DNA of 64,000 bases from Lama glama (GCA_028534125.1 CM052817.1:22756001-22820000), one strand, 5' to 3'; numbered from the stretch's first letter, positions 12,365 to 25,749 are shown. Notes: generated by a model not told the origin, from the letters alone. Made by a program: numbers and translations.

Positions 12365-13822
12365 ATAACTTTTTAAATTTAGGTAAAACACACACAATTT
12401 AATCACTTGGAAGTGTACAATTCAGTGGCATTTAGTACATAAAATATTGCACAACGATCATCTCTAACTCCGCAATATTTTCATCCCCATGAAAGGAAAC
12501 TCCATATTCACTAAGCAGTATCTTCCCACCCCTTGGTAAACACTAATCTGCTTTCTGTCTTCACGAGTTTACCTAATCTGTATATTTCATATGTAGGAAA
12601 TCACACATTTTGTGACATTCTGTGTCTAGATTCTTCTATATTTAGCATAAAGTTTTTGAGGTTGATCCACATTGTAGCATGTATCAGTACTTTACTCCTT
12701 TTTATGGCCAAATAGAATTCAATTGTGTAAAGACACCACCATTGCTTTTGTATTCATCAGTTGATGTAAACTTAGGTTACCTTTTGGCTATCGAGACTAG
12801 TGCAGCTGTGAACATTCTTGTACAAGTATTTGGACACCTGTTTTCAACTTTGGGGGTATATACTTAGTAGGATTTCTGGCTTATATGAAAATTTTATGTT
12901 TAACTTTTTGAGGCCTTGCTAACTGTTTTCCACAGAAACTGCAATATTTTACCTACCCACCACCATCCTGGCCAATATCTGTTAGTTTCTTTACTTTTTG
13001 ATAGCCATTCGAATGAATGTGAAGTGGTATCTCATTTTGGACTCGATTTCTGTTACACTACTGACTCATGATGTTGGATATCTTTTAATGTGTTTGTTAG
13101 CTATTTGCATATTTTCTTTGGAGAAATGTTGATAAGTCCTTTGCCTGCTTTTAATCACTACCTTGACATATCTTTTGATTCACAAAAAAATTTTAATTTT
13201 TATGAAGTCCAATTTATCATTTTTTTTCTCTTGTTGCTTGTGCTTTTGATGCCATATCTAAAAGTCCATTACCAAATACAAGGTCATGAGGATTTATACG
13301 AGTATTTTCTTCTGAGAGTTACCTAGATGTAACGGTCACATTCAGGTCGTTGGTCCATTTTTAGTTCATTTCTGAGTGTGCTGTAAAATAAAAGCCCAAC
13401 GTTACTCTTTTACATGTAGATATCCAGCTGTTCAAGCACCACTTATTGAAGAGATTATCATTTCCCCACTGAATGATCCTGGCATCCTGTTGAAAATCAA
13501 TCACTCTTCTATGGGTTTAATAACAGGCTGTCAATTTTATTATATTGATCTATATGCCCATAATTAAGCCTATACTTCTGTTTTGATTATTGTAGCTTTG
13601 TAGTAAGTTTTGAAATTAATTCTCCAATTTTCTTTTTCTTTTAAAGATTTGTCTATTCTATGTCTTTTGCAATTCCATATATCTTTTAGTATCAGCTTTT
13701 TTTGTTTGTTTCTGGAAAAAAAACTTTGGGGACACTGGTAGGGATTACAATGAGTTTTGGGGTAGTATTGCTATCCTAACAATATTGTCTTAAAATTCAT
13801 GAACACAAGATGTCTTTCCATG
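12365..13822 (-). mobile_element. L1MB-type LINE-1, 3' UTR and decayed end of ORF2
   Basis: AAGTGTACAATTCAGTGGCATTTAGTACA...CACTAATCTGCTTTCTGTCTT...GAAGTGGTATCTCATT...GATTATTGTAGCTTTGTAGTAAGTTTTGAAAT are L1 antisense hallmarks. Confidence 0.9.
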
Positions 13823-14186
13823 AGACACTAACTTTTTATATCCTTCCCAGCCACTGATGTCTACATACCATGGGCCACAGCGTTGTGACATCCCTATAAC
13901 TAAAAGGAACTGAGGATTAAGTTCAACACCATTCTGCTCTAAAATTATTGGAGTTGATTTGTAAAGAAAGAATGTGAAATGGATATTGGAAGAAGGCCAG
14001 TTAGCAGGGTCTATACCTCATTATAACCAAATTCATGTAGAATTGACATTTCCTAGTTTCATAATAATATTTTTAAAGGCATTAAAATTGGCAGAACCTT
14101 TAACAATCAGATTAACTAAAATTATAGAAAACTGAGAGCTGTGGCTGTTACTGGAGCACATACACATGTGTTTCTCATGTAATGGA

Positions 14187-15670
14187 AGCTGCATTCCCAG
14201 AGGCAACAATTTCAAGAGACAAGACATAGGCCTGGCTCTGGAAACTGACACAGCATCGATCCTGCCATATTCTTTTGGTCAAAGCACTCATAGATCCTGG
14301 ACGGGTTAAAGACAAAGGGAAAGAGAGACAACCTCTCTTTCTAGATGGAAAGCATATCAAAGGATCTGTAGTTATATGAAGACCACTACAATCCATACTG
14401 CAGGCACAAATTATTTATATTGCTGACACATACAAACTACCTCCCTTCCAACACTACAGAAAGTCTAACCTATTACAGGAACAAGATTAAGCACAAGAAC
14501 AAGATAAAGGTCTAAGATCTCACCATTTAAATCAGGCACAGAAATAAATGAAGTTTCTCGGGTGCAGTTGTTTTAAATCTAAAGATCTATGAACTAAAAA
14601 GACAGGCTATCTGCCTAAGAGTTTTCTTAGGACTTAACAGAGAATATTATAGTTTCATAATGAATTTATTCTTACTTGGAAGTTATTTCTTTTTTTACGA
14701 CTCATTTTCTGGAAGCGCCTAGAAGTGAGAAGCAATTTCATTTTCAAATCCAGAATTTCCTGCGCCTTTGTATTTCCCTTAAACGCAACTCAAAATCATA
14801 CTAGTTCCTTCTTTAATCCATCTCTACTCTTCCTGTATTTTATCATAGGCAGTGGGTCAAAGCCACATGTCATTCCCTGCATTGCTCTTGAAATTCCCCC
14901 CAGTTAAATCAGCTACTAAATTAGATGCCTTTTATATTTTCTACATTCCTGTAGGTAATATTGTTGCCAAATTTGCCACCATTTTATAACAGTTATCTCT
15001 TTCCTCCAGTTTTCTACAACACTTTCTCACTATCCTTCCAGTCTTGAAGCCTCGGCTTTGACTTACAGCCTAAAATCATTCCCAGCCTCTGCTCCCTGCC
15101 TAGTCAGAAAGCCAGGGTCATGCTTTGGTACATGGTACTCCACCTGTAGACACCAAATTTCCTGCAACTTCTATGCTGATGTGTAATAAACTACTTTGTA
15201 ACTCAGTGGCTTAAAACACCACTTTATTTTGTGAGCTGGAAATTTGGAAAGGATCTGGCTGGATTTTTTTTCCTTTAAACTACATAGTTTTAAGTGGGGT
15301 GGCTAGGACTGGAAAACTTACTTTCCAGGATGCTTTCTTACTCGCATGTCTGGCACTTGAGTTGGGATGACAGTAGTTGATGCTGGGAGCTCTACTTGGG
15401 CTGTGGAAAAGAGTGCCTACACGTGGTTTCTCCATATGTCTTGAGTCTCTCACAGCACCTGTGGCTAGTTCCCAAAAGGGATGGGACTATAAGCAAGCAT
15501 GTTTAAAGTAGATGTAGAAGCAGCCTTTCCCCAGGAACAGGTACATCATTCTGCCATGGACACTTGTTCAGGGAAGATACACAGCCTGCCTAGAGTCAAG
15601 GGAATGAATACAGTAGACCCCCCACCTCTAACTGGGAGGCTTGTCAAAGAATTTGGGGTTATCTCCCATT
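14187..15670 (-). mobile_element. MaLR MLT1G/H-like element: partial 3' LTR (14187-14390), shortened internal region (14391-15160), 5' LTR (15161-15670)
   Basis: Two similar LTR segments (CTGCCATATTCTTTTGGTCAAAGCA / TCTGCCATGGACACTTGTTCAGGG) flank MLT-int motifs (GCACAAATTATTT; GACACCAAATTTC). Confidence 0.65.
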
Positions 15671-15689
15671 CTCAATCTGTTGCTGTTAA

Positions 15690-16180
15690 AACTGTCTAAA
15701 CCTGAACATATAGACATCTTTTACCTCAACAAGCTTTCACTTCCAGTAAATTCTATTAGATATGTAATCAACACACATATGTGCACATGTTCCCAAGAGA
15801 CATGTACTAGAAGGTTCATAACTGCACTGTTTATAGTTGGGAAAAAAAGAAAATATTCCAAAGACTATTACTGGTAGAATTGGTAAAGAAATGATATAAT
15901 GATATAATATATAGAATTGAGTACTTAATAATATACAACTACACAAATAAATGTGGGTAAGAGCTACAGACATAGTGTTGAGTAAAAGACCAAAAAAAAA
16001 AAAAAAGGTTACATACAGTATCAAACTATTTATATAAATAAAAAGCAAAAAGGCAGCTAAATGTATTATTAGGTTGAGATTCTCGGTTTTTGAGAATGTT
16101 CAGTTTTTTGGCCTTCTTTCTGGTTCAGTGTGATAATATTTGAGTATTTTATTACAATAAGTTAACAAAAAGAATGAAAA
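15690..16180 (+). mobile_element. L1ME-type 3' fragment
   Basis: ATGTGCACATGTTCCCAAGAGACATGTACTAGAAGGTTCATAACTGCACTGTTTATAG...ACATAGTGTTGAGTAAAAGA. Confidence 0.7.
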
Positions 16181-16205
16181 AAAAAAAAACCAAAGATACC
16201 TACAC

Positions 16206-16542
16206 TGTATCAGTTTCCTGTTGCTGTTGTAACAAATTACCACAAATTTAGGGGATTAAAACAACACACATTTATTATCTGAGTTCTGGAGGCCAGAACT
16301 TACTAGGCTAAAATCAAAGTGTTGGCAGGGCTGCGTTCCTTCTGGAGGCTCTCTCTGACTGTGAGTTTCCTGCCGTATGATTAAGTTGAGTCCACCCAGA
16401 TAATCCAGGATAATCTTCCCATCTCCAGTTCCTTAACTTAATCACATCTACAGAGACTCTCCTGCTGTGTGAGGTAACATATTCAGAGATTCCAGGGTTT
16501 GAACAGGGACATCTCAGGGGAGTCATTATTCTACCTACCATA
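16206..16542 (-). mobile_element. MaLR LTR MLT1C/D-like solo LTR, internally deleted
   Basis: TGTATCAGTTTCCTGTTGCTGTTGTAACAAATTACCACAAA...CCACCCAGATAATCCAGGATAATCT...CATTATTCTACCTACCA. Confidence 0.9.
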
Positions 16543-16699
16543 CATATTGCTACTTCTAACTTAGGTTCGTATTTTCTTTCTGATTTTCTGCCATTTCCTA
16601 TTTTTATTCTCTTTCTCCTACAGTGAACAATTTGATTTCATTTATCAAATGGGTCCGTAAGAATCTTTCTCTCAAATCATTCTTTTTTTTTAATCAACC

Positions 16700-16845
16700 G
16701 AAGTTTGTAGTTTAAATTAGGGTTCACTCTTGATGTTGTATGTTCTGTGGGCTCTGACAAATGCATAATGACATGCAGCAACCTCTACAATATCATACAG
16801 AATAATTTCATTGCCCTAAAAATGCCTTGTGCTCCATCTATTCAA
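16700..16845 (-). mobile_element. L1MC1/2 3' UTR fragment
   Basis: TAGGGTTCACTCTTGATGTTGTATGTTCTGTGGG...GACAAATGCATAATGACATG...TTCATTGCCCTAAAAAT. Confidence 0.8.
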
Positions 16846-17396
16846 ATCATTCTTTGTTTAAATTAGAAATTTTATGGATGAATTGGGATAATTTATGAAT
16901 GGAGTAGTGAGCGCTCAATAAATATCACTTTATTTTGTAGGCATTGTAAAATTATATGTTGTGACAAAATAGGCCCTTTATTACCCAATATTCAGTGTAG
17001 GGAATTAGTAAACAAAAATACAGTCTAGTATTTTAAATAGGAATTGATGCAGTACATGAAATCAGGTTCTTACATAATTATTTCAAGGAAAGTACGAGTA
17101 GGTGCCATACTATGGATTTATTCCGTAAATCTTATGGCCTTTTGTCAGTAGCAATTGCAAAGAAACAAATGAACAGGGTGTCCTTGTCACTTACCTTTCA
17201 CATCTTACATGCATTAGTTAGGATGTTATGAACTTCAGTGATACATATTGGTTCTATTTACAGGTTGTACATGTAATAAATATAACTACAGTTATTAAAG
17301 TTAAATGTTCAAAGAATTATTTATATGACACTATGTTTTTAATTGCATATTTTCTTATAGTTGCTTTTAATGTGACAGTTGATAAGATCATAGGAC

Positions 17397-17522
17397 TGTA
17401 GGTAGATTCTTTGTAAATATAGTAAGGTCTCCTGTACCCATGTTCACGCCTCTTTGTAATTAACTTTGATTCTTTTCCCGTCAAGAGGTAGCGTGTGTTT
17501 TCACCCCTGAATCTGGGCTTGG
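17397..17522 (+). mobile_element. MLT1F/G/H LTR 5' fragment
   Basis: TGTAGGTAGATT...TCCCGTCAAGAGGT...CCCCTGAATCTGGGCT. Confidence 0.55.
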
Positions 17523-18299
17523 GAAATAGTTTACCATAGGAGTGTTATATCAGCATTTCTAAAGGCAATGTTATTAGTTTTGTATACAAGCAAATGCTTG
17601 TAATTAAAGCAAAGAAAGGCATGCTTATAAATTGCTATTTCTGAGGTTCAGATAATTATTACATGCTACACAGGAAACCAAGCATATTTTCAAAGAAAGA
17701 AAACAGGAGTTAAATGGCAACAAAGGGTATTAATGACACCATTCTAAACTAGGGTTACATGCTAGCCCGACAGTCTTGAATCTATTCAAAATGTTTATGT
17801 TTATGTCTCCTTTTCCATGCAGTAATTTTTTATAGATTTAATTTAATTTCCCTTATAGATAGCAGGTTAACTTTTATTTAAATGTTTCCCACTTAAGGGA
17901 ATAACAATAATAATGGTAATAAGAATAATAATACTAACAATAAATCAGGGCTAAGTTAAGAGTTCCTCTTCACCATCAACTTAAACAATAATAACTTTGA
18001 AAACTGTAGCTTGATAAAAATAGTAGTCATAATGCAAAGCTGCACTCTACCTCTCAATGAATCTGTTAAAAATGACATTTTAATCAGCTATTTCTTTGAT
18101 GAAAAAAATAACAAAATTAAAAACATAAATAGCACAAAGAGAGTGCATTAAATTTCACATGGTTGACACCTTTAAAACAATATGACTTTACTAAACCTTA
18201 TAAAATTTATTTTACTTGTGTGTTGAAAGAATTAATAGTGTTGGCAAAAAAGATGGCATACATATTTAAAATAAAAGTACGAAACAAATAAAATAAACT

Positions 18300-20230
18300 C
18301 CTTTCCAACTATCCAAGTACATAAATTTACCCTTTTGTCCACTAGTTCTATTCATAGGTTATATCGCTGGGGTGCACAACATGAAAAGATGTACATAAAG
18401 GTATTTGTCGCAGCCCTATTTGTCATAGCAGGAGGCTGGCGAAAGTAGGCAACTGACTTAAGAAACTAAGAAAATCTTTACAATAGAATACCACGTAACT
18501 GCAAAAAGGAATGAGAGACTTACCTATAGTCTATAAAGAAGGGATAACAGGATTGTTAAGTTAAAAAAGGTAAAGAGGAAATGAAATACATATATCTAAG
18601 TATACATTTTTAGAGGTTCAGAAAAATGAAAAAGCTAGCTAAAGAAGTCCCCATGAATGCAAATATCTGCCTTTTCTCATTAAGAATTATGGAAGGGTAA
18701 CTATGACACTTTAAAAACATTTGCTTATAGGTAAGGAAGGGGATAGATTAGAGAGGATAGCATTAGAACAAAGCCATCTATGAATGTAAATTATATTGTA
18801 AATATGAATTTGGAAACATAAACATTTTGCATAATTATAAGACAAAATTAAATCCAAGATAAGCAATTTTTAAAAATTGAAATTGAAGCAAATGAAAATG
18901 TGTAGAGGTACAAACCTGTGATGTAACCACACATAGTGGAAGTCTTTTAAGTGACATTAAACCAGAGTAATTTGATTACACATCCTGGTGGGATATTTCC
19001 CAAGGGTAAAAAAAAAAAAATCAAACAAATGTTCATATTAACATAATTGTTAATTTTTTTTACTAATTATATTGCTTATGGTGTTGTCAGCTTTATGTGT
19101 TAAGCATGTAGGGTAAGATAAAAACAAATAAGTAGCTAAGTTTGTGTAAGAAGATCTTAAAAATTTTAGTGTGGGAGAGTAGACATTGCATAGTAGGATG
19201 AGATGAATCATATAATTCTGAAGGTCGATCGGGAACATTTTTGAATTTATATGTCACTTTAATAAAAAAACACTTTTCTAGCTTTGTTAGCTAAAAACAC
19301 TGAGAATCAATTAGCCCATCCACTGCCATGAACACTTGTGTACAGGTTTTGGTCTCTAAAAAGCATGACCACTGTAAGACACAGGGTTTCTTAGAACAAG
19401 AGCAGCTTCATGTCGGGAACAGAAAATGTTTAAAATGATTCCAAGAATCACAGGCACCAATGAAAACAGCTAGGGTCACATCAGAAGAACTCAAGAGCCA
19501 CTTGAATAACTTCCTCTTTACAGACCATCTTCAGAACACTGACTTAAATATGTTGAAATATGTAAAAAATTGTTAATGGATGATTTCATAATGTTTAAAA
19601 ACATATTTTTGGTCATTGCCATACAAGCATTTATTTGGAAAAAAAATTAGAATATGAAGTATTGCATTCTTCAATAACACAATCCCAACTGTTACTAGAA
19701 TTACAAAAAGTTAGACAAGCGACATTATGTAGTTCCTAATATGAGTATACAACACTGTATATGAAGTTCTCTCTATATTTGCTCTGATTTAATCAAACCT
19801 CTAGTTCTCATTACTGATTTCCAGGAAATAGTGATTGCCAGTGAACAGAGTGAACTGAGGCACACAATTAAAGCACCATTGGAAAACAATCAGCAAAATT
19901 CTGCAAAAATAACAGAAATTCTTGAATAACAAGAGAAATTCAGGAAAATGAAATGATGCAGGAAGAAACTATAAATTAAAATAGATGTAAGAAACAAATT
20001 TTTAAAAAATACAATTACCTTTTATTATTCTGATTCAAAGATATATGAGAAAGTGAGTGCTGGCTAGATATTTTGTATCAAAAAGTTATTATTAATATTT
20101 TAAAATGATGATAGCATTGACATTTTATTTACAAAAGAAGCCCTTATCTTTTAGAGATTCATTCAGAAATATTTACAGACTAAATAACCCTTAAATCCAG
20201 AAATATTGCATCAATAAATTTATTTAGCAG
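18300..20230 (+). mobile_element. Old L1M (L1MC4/MC5/ME-type) long 3' region
   Basis: GATGTACATAAAGGTATTTGTCGCAGCCCTATTTGTCATAGC...CAATAGAATACCACGTAACTGCAAAAAGGAATGAG...CCTTATCTTTTAGAGATTCATTCAGAAATATTTACAGA. Confidence 0.65.
18749..18854 (+). repeat. 106-bp dispersed direct repeat, copy 1 (putative source)
   Basis: Identical to 20430-20535 except at 2 positions. Confidence 0.95.
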
Positions 20231-20429
20231 AAGCCAAATATCAACATGTAAGATTTGATGTTCCTACAGAATGCACAAGGATGTTGATTACAGTCTTATG
20301 CATAGTTGTTAAAAAAGGACAGAAAGAGAAATCACATCAACATTGTAATGGACATATTATGTATTTCCAGAAAATAGTGTTGAATAAGAGAGTTGCAGAA
20401 GAGTGAGGACAGAAAGATTCCATTATCTG

Positions 20430-20535
20430 TAGAGAGGATAGCATTAGAACAAAGCCATCTATGAATGTAAATTATATTGTAAATATGACTTTGGAAGCAT
20501 AAACATTTTGCATAATTATAAGACAAAATTAAATC
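20430..20535 (+). repeat. 106-bp dispersed direct repeat, copy 2 (putative insertion)
   Basis: TAGAGAGGATAGCATTAGAACAAAGCCATCTATG...GACAAAATTAAATC, 104/106 identical to 18749-18854. Confidence 0.95.
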
Positions 20536-23267
20536 GAACAAACAAAACTTCTCATTGGGTATGTGTGCCCATGATGGGTGAATCTAGTCTTGTGCATTCT
20601 AGCTACATTTGCACAATGTTATCATATTGTGCAGTAAAAGATAAAAGAATTTGTCCTAAAGTGATGCATGGGAATACTGGGGGTGGTAGAGCTGATTCGA
20701 GTTGATAAGGGAGAAGACAGGGAGAGTAAAACTGACTCAAAAATGGAGAGAAAAGATGGATGACAATTACAAGAACGGATACAATCACACTTACACACAT
20801 ATAAGTCAAACTTAAAATATGTCCATACAGGAATTAAATACCAAACAATATAAATTAAATTAAAAATAAGCATAGGTCTAAGTACCAATTTTTTTTCTGT
20901 TTCCAAAAAAAAAAAAAGAGTTAACCACTATTAGAAAGGAATAGAGAAAAATGCCCTTCCCTTAAACACACATTTAAAAACGAGATATTCTTGACAACAA
21001 TGAAGTGAAGTCATCTTACTGAATCTCTTATTTCCTCTACTTTTGGAATATAGCATTCTCTTTTTGGCAAAAGAAAATTTTCTTTTTTTAATTTTAAAAT
21101 GTATTGCTATTAATAATATTACTAAGTTAGAAGGTATGTAAAATATATACACTTTCCTTATTTGAAAATTCTACTTCATATTTTTATGTTTTTTCATAGC
21201 TCTTAGATAAATCTGAAACAAGATTGAAGGTTATCCTATGCACAACTCAATAGTTTTAATTGCAACATTTATCATGCAGAAGTTCTTGCTGCCAAGAATG
21301 TGTTGGCACCAGGCAAAGGTGTAGCCTCCCCACAGGGACTTTATTATTCGACATCAAGGAATACCTGCAACATAGCGAGCAAGGCCACAGAGCCTCCCCT
21401 AAACAGTAAAACAACCAGTTTGAGACAAGACTAAAGAGAAACTTGATTTAGTTTTAAAAATAAAATCTTTCTGAATAGTACATGTTTTCCACTTTTCCTT
21501 TATAATGGATTCCCATATATAAATGTTAATACACTAAGTCACTATAGCCCTCAAATCATTGTTATTAGAGAAAGTAAAACTCTAAAAATAGTAATATTAA
21601 ATTACTAATAAAGATGCTTTTTTTTAAGACTTTACTACTCATTCCCGTTTATGGGGACTCAGGTTGTGCTACATCTATCTTTACTCCTAGAATGTTTTCT
21701 CTGCTTTATAAACTAATAAACAAACAAAGAAAATGAAGATATAGTTTATTCCAACCAAGTGCTTAAAAGAAGAATAAAAGCCTTTCAAACAATCTGCTTA
21801 CCAGACAGAACACAGCAATTCTCATGGTTGTGTTATAATAATTATGAGTTACATTGTGAGTAGGGGTTTATTACTGATAATAATGCAATTTAAAAAATCT
21901 GGAGCATGGAGACTAACTGAATTAACTTTTAATGTAAAATAGTTTATATTAAAATTTATACATATGTGTAACGAAGTACAAAAAGCATTCCTTGTCACTT
22001 TAACATCAATATGCATTTTTAGTGTTGGAGAATCTAAGCTGAAAATTATTAGTCATGTGAATCTCTACAGAAGAGAAAAAAAAAAGAAATGTGTTGTCAA
22101 CAGTCAGCCTACAGTACTAGTTATCAGATTGGACATTGACTCTATTTACCTGACTGATTTTTTCTATGTAAGGAACTAGTATTGTGTGTGTGTGCAGGTA
22201 CACGTGTGTCTGTGTGCACGTGTGTAACTGTGTGTGTGTAGAGGGTTGAGGAGTTAATGATAGGGAAAGAGACACAAAACAAAACATGCCAGCATCAGTA
22301 CCAAGAAAATGTGTCCGCTGTATGTAGTACACACAGACTATGTGCTAGAAGATACAGAGAAAGGCACCTTCTGTGTAATACCCTTATTTTCATACTGGTG
22401 TAAGACCCAGGGATATGCCAGGGGGTTCAAGAAGCTACAAAAGAAACATGGCTCATCTTTTGGGGAGCATAAAGTTTTCTTGAAGCACTGCTGGTATCTG
22501 ATGAGCAAAAACCCCATTCCAATTCCTTTCCCATTTGCTGGTATATATCAGAGATGACTGAGGGGTAGCCATCTTGAGTGCCACTTCATAGCCGACTTCA
22601 GATTCTTGGGGAAATGTTCACTTTCCTTACGCATATAAGGTTTAGACATAACAACAAAATTGCGAACACAGACACACTCTCTTCTCAACATGGATATGCT
22701 TTCCACATTCTGAGATAAATTACTGTCTATCATTACTAATATTATCATATTATTATTGATAGTATGATTAACTCATATTAGTGTAATTTGATAATGATGA
22801 ATATTTGGGATTAATCATGAGACTAAAGTACCTTGGGTGAGGTCAAAGTTAACAGGATGTCAGAGAGAGAGAGAGAGAGAAAGGGCTATAATATAATCAA
22901 ATGCTAAAAACATCATAGAGAAACTGAAGTCAGTAATGAATCTGCATAGCCAGAAGTCAGGGAGCAGGAATAGGAGCTGGCTGGCCTATACATTACCGGG
23001 CAAGAAACATCAAGGAAATATCAAAGGCTTTCTCCCTTTTGAAGCTGTGTCTCAGGGCTGGAGTTGAGCCTTGTCTGGGCTTCAGAGAGCCCTATTACTA
23101 TAGGGCTGAGGAACAGCATGTGGCCTGGGAACAGAGGTCACCTCAGACCCTGCAGAGTTGGAAGAGTACCTGAGCTAATGATGACTGACAGGTAAGCTAT
23201 TTTTAACTTACACCCAAGCCTGATATTGTACCATTGCCACTCACTACAATTAAAATGTGTGTTTTCT

Positions 23268-23562
23268 AGACTCTTCCACTCCAGCCATGAGAGAGTAATC
23301 GGGACTGGATAGACTCTCCTGCCTGAATAGTTATAAAACTGGGTAGAATACAGGAGGGGACTGTGATCCTTTAGAGAAAGCAAGCACACATTTTCACCTT
23401 CACACCAGCTTTCTTCTGGGATCACTTTTCAGCAATTGTAAGGGGAAGCAGAGACCAAGCAGGGCACAAAGTTCTCGGTGTGCCCAGGAGGCAGGTATCA
23501 GATTTCAAGGCTCCTACGGTAGCTGGAATTTATGGTGCAGGTTATCAGAAGAAGGGAGCTAC
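23268..23562 (+). mobile_element. Old L1M 5'-end fragment (L1MD/ME-type)
   Basis: CTTCCACTCCAGCCATGAGAGAGTAATCGGGACTGGA...CTCCTGCCTGAA...GGACTGTGATCCTT...GCTGGAATTT...GAAGGGAGCTAC. Confidence 0.6.
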
Positions 23563-23888
23563 GTTTTATTCAAAAGATGTATAACATCAGATAGTTTGCT
23601 GAGTTCATAATTCATTATGTGTGTGTGACCTTTGTTTTTTATTATTTTTCTTTTTATCTTTTACTTACTACCTGTCTTTATCTACCAGAGGCTTCATTCT
23701 CCAGTCTGGTCTATTCTTTAGACCTACTCTGCCCCATCTTCTGGGACTTCCCTTAAATTCTCTCGATGAATTAATTTGCTGAGTTCCATTTTATTTTCTT
23801 TCTTGCTTTAACTTACTTGTTTTTCAGAGAACAGTCTGCACAACTTCCTAAGAAAGTACCAGTATACAAACAAGTTTTGAGAGATACG

Positions 23889-24818
23889 CTGTATTTCATC
23901 AATTTAAAGATAAATGTTAACATTTTTGAAATTAAGACATGTTTTTACAATTCTGATGGTGCCTGCAGTTATTCTCAGCCAGGCAGCACTACTGATGCAG
24001 CAGTCATTGTTAGTGCAAGCAGTGAGCTCGCTCTAAAAGCCATCTGTTGATATTTTTATATGATAACGAAGTATGAGGATCAAGTTTACCATGTAAATAA
24101 TAGCTGTGCAGTATCACCATTAACTGGATGTCACAATGAACAATATTGTGTAGGAAACCAAAGGCACTGATTATTCTGAGCTAAAAATAATTCAGAAAGA
24201 ATCCACCCTAAATGTGAAGAAATTTTAGAAATGCTTTAACTCTCTTGNNNNNNNNNNNNNNNNNNNNNNNNNNNNNNNNNNNNNNNNNNNNNNNNNNNNN
24301 NNNNNNNNNNNNNNNNNNNNNNNNNNNNNNNNNNNNNNNNNNNNNNNNNNNNNNNNNNNNNNNNNNNNNNNNNNNNNNNNNNNNNNNNNNNNNNNNNNNN
24401 NNNNNNNNNNNNNNNNNNNNNNNNNNNNNNNNNNNNNNNNNNNNNNNNNNNNNNNNNNNNNNNNNNNNNNNNNNNNNNNNNNNNNNNNNNNNNNNNNNNN
24501 NNNNNNNNNNNNNNNNNNNNNNNNNNNNNNNNNNNNNNNNNNNNNNNNNNNNNNNNNNNNNNNNNNNNNNNNNNNNNNNNNNNNNNNNNNNNNNNNNNNN
24601 NNNNNNNNNNNNNNNNNNNNNNNNNNNNNNNNNNNNNNNNNNNNNNNNNNNNNNNNNNNNNNNNNNNNNNNNNNNNNNNNNNNNNNNNNNNNNNNNNNNN
24701 NNNNNNNNNNNNNNNNNNNNNNNNNNNNNNNNNNNNNNNNNNNNNNNTTTTTTTTTTCTCAGTGACACATAAAAATGGTATCTCTTACAACCAATGGCAT
24801 AAAGTTGATGAAAAATAG
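23889..24818. mobile_element. TcMar-Tc2 DNA transposon (MER104/Kanga-like) spanning the gap
   Basis: Left TIR CTGTATTTCATCAATTT and right TIR AAAGTTGATGAAAAATAG followed by TA. The internal TCTTACAACCAATGGC motif is MER104-like. Confidence 0.6.
24248..24747. other. Assembly gap (500 N)
   Basis: Run of N characters. Confidence 1.
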
Positions 24819-25506
24819 TACAGATAAATATATAGATATAAATAAATATCTATGACATAATTTAAATAAAATTTATATGTATATTAAAGTTGCACTATTG
24901 TAAAAACCAGCTCAAGATTAATGCATTTTTTTAGTATATATACTTTTGTCTTTTCTTTCCTTTTCCACGTTTTAAAAATTTTATTTATTGAGTACTTACT
25001 TTTTGTCAGTAATGATTCTAAGCAATTACCCATACATAAAATCATTTATTATTATAAATCATAAGAAAATAGTATTCAAAAGACAATATCTATTAAGCAC
25101 AAAAATGATATTGCCCATACAATAAGGAATTTTCCCAGAAACATTTGAGCAATCTAAAGGTTTAGTTATACAGATATGTGGTAAGAGTTTTGTAACTGAA
25201 AAATGCCAGTATTCAGAATAGAATAATTTCTTTAGCAGTGCACTGATTATAGTGTATGAATCACAAGTAATAATTGATATATACATATTTTATATAGTAG
25301 TCATTAAGATATAGAAAATAAAATAATGTTAATAATAATACTAATAATTATAAATCATAGAATTATCTACATTTTTTTTTGTAAGAACAAGAGTGGATTT
25401 GAATTCATTTAACTGTTTAAGGCTCATAAAGAAAATACTTGTTCCCACCAGTGTGTCATGATCCACAATTTGAAAATCCTGAGTGAATATGAGTCTGATT
25501 TAGTTT

Positions 25507-25683
25507 AGTGTATCTCATGCTAGCTTGTGCATCAGAGCCCCCTAGGATGTTTTGGTAGAAATCAGATTCCATTAATTCCAACACTGGGCAGCAAAATAAG
25601 AATCTCTGGACCTTCACACAGACACATAATTTTCAGAAGTCCTTTATAATTCCAATATTATTAAGCTAGTGTTAAAATCACTG
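25507..25683. mobile_element. MER5-type hAT-Charlie relic
   Basis: AGTGTATCTCA...GCATCAGAGCCCCCTAGG...CAGATTCC...AGAATCTCTGG...AAAATCACTG. Confidence 0.55.
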
Positions 25684-25749
25684 ATGCTCTGAAGATAACA
25701 CAAACAACCATCAAAAACAATAAAATAACACTCTCTTCTGTAGTTAAAC

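Noticed and set aside
21796..21831. Minus-strand ACAACCATGAGAATTGCTGTG (MRIAVFCL|GTAAG), resembling the start of osteopontin/SPP1
   Set aside because: The similarity ends after about 21 nt. There is no complete signal peptide, no upstream acceptor and no other SCPP-like exons, so it is probably chance.
24208..24772. The two longest ORFs (186 and 175 aa)
   Set aside because: Artefacts of the N gap (poly-X).
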